Below, one piece after another: positions 1 to 5,233 of a stretch of 32,364 nucleotides of DNA; position 1 is the first letter of the stretch, and every line of letters starts with the position of its first letter. The position numbers were made by a program, and so were the translations under genes. This stretch comes from Candidatus Uhrbacteria bacterium RIFOXYB2_FULL_45_11. Its GTDB lineage: Bacteria > Patescibacteriota > Patescibacteriia > UBA9934 > GWF2-40-263. The notes under the pieces were generated by a model. The model saw only the letters and a program-made list of their open reading frames with translations, did not search any database and was not told the origin of the DNA. The stretch is taken from the NCBI GenBank assembly GCA_001791715.1, contig MGFD01000030.1, forward strand, positions 9,246 through 41,609, read 5' to 3'.

Positions 1-16
1 AACGGAATCGATCTTT

Positions 17-1111
17 TTGACGGTTCTGTATCTGCTCATCGAGTGTCGGCAGCAACTGCCGGTTGTGTCAGACAGTACAACGGATATCGGGTTCCTTGAA
101 AAAGAACTCGGCGACATGCATGCCCGCGGTCTCATTAAGATCGACGGTCAGTACTGGAAAGCCACGAACGAAAACGATCGTGGTGTGAATGGAACGCGTG
201 TTGGCGCAGCAAACGGTACGGCCTTTTTGGGCCAGGCTGTTGCCATGTGCGATCAGCTCATGAAGTTCGAGATTTTCGGTGGTGTGCGTTTGCAACGCAT
301 GCTCACACCAGACGAACGTCTCGACGATGACGAATTCATGGTACGCGATCACATTTGGGATCCGCGTTTCGTGGGTCCAAAAGAAGAAGATCCAGACGCA
401 ACGGATTTGCGTGTGGGAATGATCCGATTTTTTTCAGAAATGATGATGGATCAGATTGGCGGCGTCGTTGATCCTCATCGCATTGTGTTTTTGCAAAAGC
501 TTGCATCGGGTCAACTCAAAGGGGAGAGCTTCTGGTTCAACCTTAGGCTCGGTACGTTTTTCAAGGAAGTGGAAACGATTGTAAATACGGCTTATCAGTG
601 GCGTCAGATTGCTCCAGACGACGAGGCTCAGGCCATCGAAGTCATGAAGATTCTGTACGCCGCCGGCATGATCGAGTCGCGCAAGCGTGCTCCGGATGCG
701 AGCGAGTGTTCCAACTGTCACATCCCGCTTGCACTGTTTGAAGCTGAGGCTCATGGAAACGGTCAACGGCTCAGCGAATGTCCGAATCCGGACTGTGGCG
801 CAAGCTTTGATCCGCCAGCTCCGCAAGGTGCTGCAGAAGCGTGTGCGTGTTGCCATGAAGACATCTGGCCGGGCATGCGTCAGTGCACCAACTGTGGTGC
901 GATCGTTGATCGTCGTTACACGCCCGGTAAAGTTGTGGAAACGGAACGCGTCACCCAAACGACCACGGTCGACTCGGTGTACGATCCGTACTATGACACC
1001 TGGGGCTACGGCTACGGGTACTACGGTTACACGCCGTATGGTTACTACGATCCCTGGAATCCAGTGGCTGACGTTGTTGCCTTCGGTGTACTTTGCGCCA
1101 TTCTGCTCTAG
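17..1111 (+). CDS. hypothetical protein with two zinc-ribbon-like Cys pairs, a Tyr/Gly-rich tail and a C-terminal hydrophobic anchor; the 5' end is uncertain
   Basis: 364-aa ORF starting at TTG 17. The frame has no stop back to nt 2, so it may be 5'-partial; an internal ATG lies at 119. Cys pairs: CSNCH..CPNPDC and CACCH..CTNCG. Tail: YDPYYDTWGYGYGYYGYTPYGYYDPW followed by VVAFGVLCAILL. A terminator hairpin follows. Confidence 0.6.
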   Translation: MTVLYLLIECRQQLPVVSDSTTDIGFLEKELGDMHARGLIKIDGQYWKATNENDRGVNGTRVGAANGTAFLGQAVAMCDQLMKFEIFGGVRLQRMLTPDERLDDDEFMVRDHIWDPRFVGPKEEDPDATDLRVGMIRFFSEMMMDQIGGVVDPHRIVFLQKLASGQLKGESFWFNLRLGTFFKEVETIVNTAYQWRQIAPDDEAQAIEVMKILYAAGMIESRKRAPDASECSNCHIPLALFEAEAHGNGQRLSECPNPDCGASFDPPAPQGAAEACACCHEDIWPGMRQCTNCGAIVDRRYTPGKVVETERVTQTTTVDSVYDPYYDTWGYGYGYYGYTPYGYYDPWNPVADVVAFGVLCAILL

Positions 1112-1122
1112 GTATTCTCCTT

Positions 1123-1151
1123 GCGATCTCCCAAAAAGAGATCGCTTTTTT
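1123..1151 (+). terminator. rho-independent terminator hairpin between convergent genes
   Basis: gcgatctc (1123-1130), loop ccaaaaa, gagatcgc (1138-1145), then T6. Confidence 0.6.
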
Positions 1152-1180
1152 ATTTACATCAAAAAATCCACACAAGTGGA

Positions 1181-1726
1181 TTAATGGTGATGATGCTCAA
1201 ATTCAGGAGCATCTGTTTGATACGTAAGCGTCACGATTCCGTTTTCTCGTTCTTGTTTTGATGTGAATGTCAGCTTCTCCAAAAAATCATCTTCCGCAAA
1301 CACACGTTTTCCTTCACCAACAAGAACGGGTTCGATGTTTAAAATGATTTCGTTGATCAGATGTTCTTTTAAGAACGCTGTGTTCACTTGAGAGCCGCCG
1401 CACACAAACGCGTGATCAAAACCGGATTCTGCAAGAAAGTGCATGGCTTCATGAGGGGAGGGAAGCACGACGAATTCGGGCGGAACTTCCATGTTCACAT
1501 CATTTGAAAGAATAATTTTTGTGACACCGAGTAAATCATCAAATCCATTATGATCCGTCCAGTTCATGACCGCTTCATAGGTTTTTCGACCAAAGATGAC
1601 GTTGCCATACATGTGTGCGAAGCGGACATAATCCGCCCAGTGTGCCATCGATAAAAAATCCTCCTCACCGTCTGGGCGAGCAATGAAGCCGTTGAGGGAC
1701 ATGGCCATGAAAAGGGTGGTGCGCAT
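1181..1726 (-). CDS. dihydrofolate reductase-like protein (RibD C-terminal domain family)
   Basis: From ATG 1726: MRTTLFMAMSLNGFIARPDGEEDF...FGRKTYE...VCGGSQV, typical of RibD_C/DHFR-like proteins. The 39 upstream codons in the ORF track run through a repeat element and were dropped. The protein ends in a natural HHHH. Confidence 0.75.
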   Translation of the reverse strand: MRTTLFMAMSLNGFIARPDGEEDFLSMAHWADYVRFAHMYGNVIFGRKTYEAVMNWTDHNGFDDLLGVTKIILSNDVNMEVPPEFVVLPSPHEAMHFLAESGFDHAFVCGGSQVNTAFLKEHLINEIILNIEPVLVGEGKRVFAEDDFLEKLTFTSKQERENGIVTLTYQTDAPEFEHHHH

Positions 1727-1808
1727 AGGGGAAGGTTTGAAATGTCGGAAACCTGCCTGCCGGCAGGCAGGGGTCGGAGAGGTTTGAATGTCGGAAAGGT
1801 CGAGGTGT
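1727..1808 (-). repeat. leader element H1: 9-nt units (TCGGAAAGG / TTTGAAATG family) flanking a perfect 20-nt palindrome, directly abutting the ATG
   Basis: The + strand reads cat|AGGGGAAGG|TTTGAAATG|TCGGAAACC, then CCTGCCTGCCGGCAGGCAGG (1752-1771), then TCGGAGAGG|TTTGAATG|TCGGAAAGG|TCGAGGTGT. The same units occur at 25646-25681. Confidence 0.8.
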
Positions 1809-1814
1809 GAGGGG

Positions 1815-1820
1815 ATTATA
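1815..1820 (-). promoter_or_regulatory. candidate -10 box (TATAAT) for the DHFR-like gene
   Basis: The reverse complement of attata at 1815-1820 is a perfect TATAAT. A weak -35 (GTGCAA) lies 17 nt upstream. This would make H1 the whole 5' UTR. Confidence 0.35.
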
Positions 1821-1884
1821 TAGCAATAAATCTGAGTTTGCACGAGGGTTTTTTGAATGGTGGTAATCAGGCTAACATGGGAAA

Positions 1885-1912
1885 TAAAAAATACCTCTTA
1901 GAACAGAGGTAT
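1885..1912 (-). terminator. rho-independent terminator after the M15 peptidase gene
   Basis: Minus strand: ATACCTCT-GTTCTA-AGAGGTAT followed by T6, directly after the TGA stop. Confidence 0.7.
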
Positions 1913-2442
1913 CAGGAATGCACTTCGTTTTTTTGAAAGTGCTGGTAGTCTTTGCGATCTGTCCACCGTCCGCCCCATTCCCATCCGAATTGTTCGAATG
2001 TTCGGACTACGATATCTCCATCAAGAATTGTTCCGGGTTGCAGAGGATTGTATGTAGACGTTTCTGGATGAACGGAACCGTCAATCGCAATGTATGGATT
2101 TTGCATCGGGTTTATATCAATTGCACGACCAAAGGAATGAATCGATAACCGATTGGTTAGGTGTATGGGCCGGTAATTGAACGCTGACGAATTGTTGTCG
2201 TCTGTGGATCGTTCGTCCGACCAATTGTATTTGGAGATCGGAATCATTTTTTCGATCGGAAATTTCGCTTCAAAGATGATACGGAAAATTTCCCGCACTT
2301 CATTCGCAAGGTCATTGCATACCACGAGTTGTCCGACATGTTCTTGTTCATCAAATCCCCAGTAGGGAATGGACAGTAACACCATTTGTAAACGTATGTT
2401 GTCCGGAGCAAGAGTTCCGTTCAACGCTTCGATGAGTGTCAT
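1912..2442 (-). CDS. M15-family zinc metallopeptidase (VanY / L-Ala-D-Glu peptidase-like cell-wall hydrolase)
   Basis: The ATG at 2442 is preceded by AAGGAG 7 nt upstream. Motifs: SIHSFGRAIDIN and FGWEWGGRW..KDYQHF. The 67-codon N-terminal extension in the ORF track reads through repeat R1 and was rejected. Confidence 0.8.
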   Translation of the reverse strand: MTLIEALNGTLAPDNIRLQMVLLSIPYWGFDEQEHVGQLVVCNDLANEVREIFRIIFEAKFPIEKMIPISKYNWSDERSTDDNNSSAFNYRPIHLTNRLSIHSFGRAIDINPMQNPYIAIDGSVHPETSTYNPLQPGTILDGDIVVRTFEQFGWEWGGRWTDRKDYQHFQKNEVHS

Positions 2443-2567
2443 GTGAGGTCTCCTTGGTTGGTTTGTAAAATATGCACTTAGACTCTTGTGATATTTTGTT
2501 GCATTGTTTCCGATCGCACAATAGAAGTTTTGAATAAATTGTGCAATAGCTTCGTTTTGAGCTTGAT

Positions 2568-2665
2568 GGAGAGTGTGAGATCGGAGGTCTCGCCCAACAT
2601 CCCGCTTCGCGATCTGTCCAAACCTTCGGTTTGGCTCCGCCAATAAAAAACACCTAATGTAAATA
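2568..2665 (+). repeat. R1: copy 1 of a structured tRNA-like repeat
   Basis: GGAGAGTGTGAGATCGGAGGTCTCGCCCAACATCCCGCTTCGCGATCTGTCCAAACCTTCGGTTTGGCTCCGCCA plus about 20 nt of trailer. Nearly identical to 3616-3710. It contains three hairpins, including CCAAACC-TTCG-GGTTTGG. Confidence 0.85.
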
Positions 2666-2683
2666 TATAAAATTTATTTTTTA

Positions 2684-2692
2684 TGGTAAACT
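2684..2692 (+). promoter_or_regulatory. candidate extended -10 (TGGTAAACT) 9 nt before the ATG; possible leaderless mRNA
   Basis: tggtaaact at 2684-2692, ATG at 2702, no SD in between. Confidence 0.3.
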
Positions 2693-2701
2693 CCCACTAA
2701 T

Positions 2702-3535
2702 ATGAGTGAATACAATCCAGAGCGTGCACAACAAGAACGCATTGAGGCTGAACGCATGGAGTATAAAATAATCTCTCGGCGTGTTTTGAACGATCTTTTC
2801 AAAGACGTGCTTGATGCCCGTGAACTTGAAAGAAGATTGATGCTTGTTGATCGGGTAAAATTCGTTACACATGATCAGATGGATGTCATTGCAAAAAGCA
2901 ACCCGCAAGATGCGGGTGCTGACGGATTGATCCAGTATGAGGTAAGTGAATCTGAGGTTCGTCGGCTACCAATTGTTCTTCATTCTTCGTCGCGTGTAGA
3001 AACATTGCATACATTGGTGCATGAGGGCACTCATCTCATGACTCCTGAGTCTGTACTTGTTACGAACATAATAGCAGAACCGGATGAAGAAACTTTTTCA
3101 GATTATGTTGGAGGATTTCGGTTTGAACGTAACAGAAAAACAAAACAAATTGATCTGATGTCGATCCATAAAGATACACCAGCTCGTTTTCTCTTTTGGG
3201 AATCGGTTACGGATTGGATTGCGGAACTTGGACTTGAGAGTGAGATGAGTGATCAGGAGAAAGAAGAACTTGCAATGAGTGGTTACTTTGAGCGCCATTG
3301 GATCGATTACTTGATGCGTAAGTCGCCCGATGCACCTGGATTGATGCAAGCAATTAAAGAATCTTATGCAGCAGGGAGCGAAGATTCTTTACGTTGGTGC
3401 CTTCAAAAACAGTTAGATGTCCAGGATGATCATTTTTATGATGCACTTATAAAGATCATCGGACGCGATCGAACAGATGAAAAGCGGGTCGATGATTGGA
3501 TGCAAGTCGTTGATGACGCGTTTAAGTCGTCCTAA
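2702..3535 (+). CDS. hypothetical protein with an HExxH motif (putative zinc metalloprotease-like)
   Basis: 277-aa ORF containing LHTLVHEGTHLMTPE. No family recognised by eye. Confidence 0.6.
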   Translation: MSEYNPERAQQERIEAERMEYKIISRRVLNDLFKDVLDARELERRLMLVDRVKFVTHDQMDVIAKSNPQDAGADGLIQYEVSESEVRRLPIVLHSSSRVETLHTLVHEGTHLMTPESVLVTNIIAEPDEETFSDYVGGFRFERNRKTKQIDLMSIHKDTPARFLFWESVTDWIAELGLESEMSDQEKEELAMSGYFERHWIDYLMRKSPDAPGLMQAIKESYAAGSEDSLRWCLQKQLDVQDDHFYDALIKIIGRDRTDEKRVDDWMQVVDDAFKSS

Positions 3536-3583
3536 GCCTTGTTATTGGTTACGTCCTTTCAGCTTGGTTTCGCCATAAAAAAC

Positions 3584-3610
3584 ACCCAACGTAAAGCTGG
3601 GTATTTTTTT
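3584..3610 (+). terminator. rho-independent terminator
   Basis: ACCCAAC-GTAAA-GCTGGGT (one mismatch) followed by a T-run. Confidence 0.55.
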
Positions 3611-3615
3611 ATGTC

Positions 3616-3687
3616 GGAGAGTGTGAGATCGGAGGTCTCGCCCAACATCCCGCTTCGCGGTCTGTCCAAACCTTCGGTTTGGCGCCA
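3616..3687 (+). repeat. R2: copy 2 of the structured tRNA-like repeat
   Basis: Identical to R1 except for one A/G change and a 3-nt CTC indel. It ends in GCCA, and similarity to the R1 trailer continues to about 3710. Confidence 0.85.
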
Positions 3688-3729
3688 TACAAAAACACCG
3701 AACGCAAATGTTCGGTGTTTCTGTATGGC
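3684..3729. terminator. 20-bp-stem palindromic hairpin shared by convergent R2 and tRNA-Ser(UGA)
   Basis: Arms at 3684-3703 and 3710-3729 pair at 19 of 20 positions; the loop is GCAAAT. U-runs follow on both strands. The stem includes the GCCA 3' end of the tRNA. Confidence 0.7.
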
Positions 3730-3814
3730 GGAGAGGGCGAGATTCGAACTCGCGGAAGCTATTAACTTCGACAGTTTTCAAGACTGTTGCCATCAACCAC
3801 TCGGCCACCTCTCC
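3726..3814 (-). tRNA. tRNA-Ser (anticodon UGA), long variable arm, CCA encoded
   Basis: Reverse complement: GGAGAGGTGGCCGAGTGGTTGATGGCAACAGTCTTGAAAACTGTCGAAGTTAATAGCTTCCGCGAGTTCGAATCTCGCCCTCTCCGCCA. Anticodon loop CTTGAAA. Confidence 0.9.
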
Positions 3815-4058
3815 GTAAATTTTCAATGAGTCGCTTGTTTCTGAATGCCTGTCCTGAACCTGATTTGAGATATGTCTCAAATTGTCTTGCTTGAATCCTT
3901 GAGGGGAATGCGCAGTACCAAATAAGCATAACGGGCCTAAGGTTCTTTGTTGATTCTGCTTTCCCAATCTGGTGTTCTTCGAGTCTTCTTTTTAAATCTG
4001 GAGTACAACCTGTGTAGATTGAACTGTTCGATAATTTGAGAAGATAAACGTAGTACAT
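3762..4058 (-). CDS. small GIY-YIG nuclease-domain protein (YhbQ/UPF0213-like)
   Basis: MYYVYLLKLSNSSIYTGCTPDLKRRLEEHQ... from ATG 4058 (the ORF track starts at TTG 4067). The last 17 codons and the stop lie inside tRNA-Ser(UGA). Confidence 0.8.
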   Translation of the reverse strand: MYYVYLLKLSNSSIYTGCTPDLKRRLEEHQIGKAESTKNLRPVMLIWYCAFPSRIQARQFETYLKSGSGQAFRNKRLIENLRRGGRVVDGNSLENCRS

Positions 4059-4134
4059 ATTGGCCAAAGGCCACCCGAAACTTCAACAGATCATCAACTC
4101 TCTTCGCGTCACCCTTCGCCAAGGCTTCGGGTGA

Positions 4135-4179
4135 CACCCTACACTTCAACAATGGTAAACACTGTTGAAGTGTAGGGTG
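4135..4179 (-). terminator. perfect 17-bp hairpin directly after tRNA-Ser(GCU), overlapping its terminal CA
   Basis: caccctacacttcaaca (4135-4151) pairs with tgttgaagtgtagggtg (4163-4179), 17 of 17 positions, with an 11-nt loop. A second hairpin, gtcaccc/gggtgac, lies at 4108-4135. Confidence 0.6.
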
Positions 4180-4272
4180 GCGGAGAGAGAGGGATTTGAA
4201 CCCTCGCGCCGGTTTTAAAGCCGACCTAGGAGATTAGCAATCTCCCCCCTTCAGCCTCTTGGGTATCTCTCC
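4178..4272 (-). tRNA. tRNA-Ser (anticodon GCU), long variable arm, CCA encoded
   Basis: Reverse complement: GGAGAGATACCCAAGAGGCTGAAGGGGGGAGATTGCTAATCTCCTAGGTCGGCTTTAAAACCGGCGCGAGGGTTCAAATCCCTCTCTCTCCGCCA. Confidence 0.9.
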
Positions 4273-4479
4273 TTGAAGGTGCCGTCAGGATACGATATTT
4301 GAGTGAATTGGGCAAGACCTCTTTGTTTGTGCAATGTTCTGCTTTAGAAAAATGAGATTGAGTGGTATTACACTTGACTTTTCTGGGCAAATAATGATAA
4401 GAGGTGCCATTGCTCGTAGGACAAAAAGGTTCTGCTTGCAATGTGTTGCTCTTCACATGAAGAGAAAGGAAGGTGAAAC

Positions 4480-5154
4480 GTGGAATTGCTCGCTGTTCAT
4501 AACCTCGTGTACGAAATGGCGCTTTTGATTGGATGCTTCCTTTCTGTCGGCGCGGTTTTTGGAGGTCATGGTCACGATAGTTCCCATGATCATAATTTGG
4601 ACCATGATGCACATGGTGATTCTCATTCCGGTCATGACCACGAATCAAAGGATTCGAAGAATAGTGATATCTCTGTGCGTTCAAAGTTGAGTCAAGTAAG
4701 TCTGGGAAAATTCCTCTTTTCCGTGCTCGGAATCGGGAATATGCCGATTATGCTTTGGCTCATGATCTTTAACCTGTTTTTTGGAAGCATTGGCATGCTT
4801 ACGAATTTGGTCTTTGGTCCTAACTTGGGATTTGAGATCGTTGGTTTGCTTGTCTCGGTTCCTCTTGCGGGTTTTGGTGCGCTAGTTTTTACAAGCGGAA
4901 CAAGTCATCTGTTTGGGAGATTTGTTCCGACAGATGAAACGTACGCTGTGAAGCGTAAAGAACTTGTTGGATGTGCGGGCATGCTCACACTTCCAGCATC
5001 GAAAGAAACTGGACTCGCGCAAATCTACGATCGTCGTGGAAATTTGCAACAGATCTCAGTTCGTACAATTGAAGGCGAATTGCCAAAAGAGACAAAGATT
5101 ATTGTGATTTATTTCGATGAGGTCGGCGGTTTCTATGTGGTTATCGCTGATTGA
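4480..5154 (+). CDS. NfeD/YqiJ-like membrane protein with a His-rich N-terminal segment and a C-terminal OB-fold
   Basis: GTG at 4480 follows AGGAAGG; an alternative ATG lies at 4516. His-rich run: GGHGHDSSHDHNLDHDAHGDSHSGHDHE. TM helices are followed by ...GLAQIYDRRGNLQQISVRT..KIIVIYFD. It lies upstream of a flotillin gene, as in yqiJ-yqiK. Confidence 0.7.
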   Translation: MELLAVHNLVYEMALLIGCFLSVGAVFGGHGHDSSHDHNLDHDAHGDSHSGHDHESKDSKNSDISVRSKLSQVSLGKFLFSVLGIGNMPIMLWLMIFNLFFGSIGMLTNLVFGPNLGFEIVGLLVSVPLAGFGALVFTSGTSHLFGRFVPTDETYAVKRKELVGCAGMLTLPASKETGLAQIYDRRGNLQQISVRTIEGELPKETKIIVIYFDEVGGFYVVIAD

Positions 5155-5233
5155 TGAGAGATTAGTAGAATGCGGTGAATGGTTCACCGCGACTACTATT
5201 ACCGCTCGCTAAGCGCGAGCATAGAGGTTACCC

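Noticed and set aside
1181-1195. C-terminal HHHH on the DHFR-like protein as a cloning-vector His-tag
   Set aside because: There are only four His residues, mixed CAT/CAC codons and no linker or vector sequence around them. The genomic context is continuous, so this is most likely natural.
1727-1843. N-terminal extension of the DHFR-like ORF. The same problem occurs at 2443..2643, 7166..7282, 19134..19214 and 27250..27279.
   Set aside because: The extensions read through the repeat or hairpin elements (H1, R1, H2, P2) or lack an SD. Internal ATGs give proteins that begin where the family homology begins; two of them (2442, 7283) are preceded by good SDs.
2568-2642. R1/R2 as bona fide tRNA genes
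   Set aside because: Only about 4 bp of acceptor pairing (GGAG/CTCC) is possible, and no 5-bp anticodon stem with a 7-nt loop can be drawn by hand. They are kept as tRNA-like repeats rather than annotated as tRNAs.
3539-3967. ORFs 3539..3829 (+) and 3542..3967 (-) spanning R2, the palindrome and tRNA-Ser
   Set aside because: They overlap a confidently folded tRNA and the structured repeat. The peptide PNRRFGQ.AKRDVGRDLRSHTL recurs only because the DNA repeat recurs.
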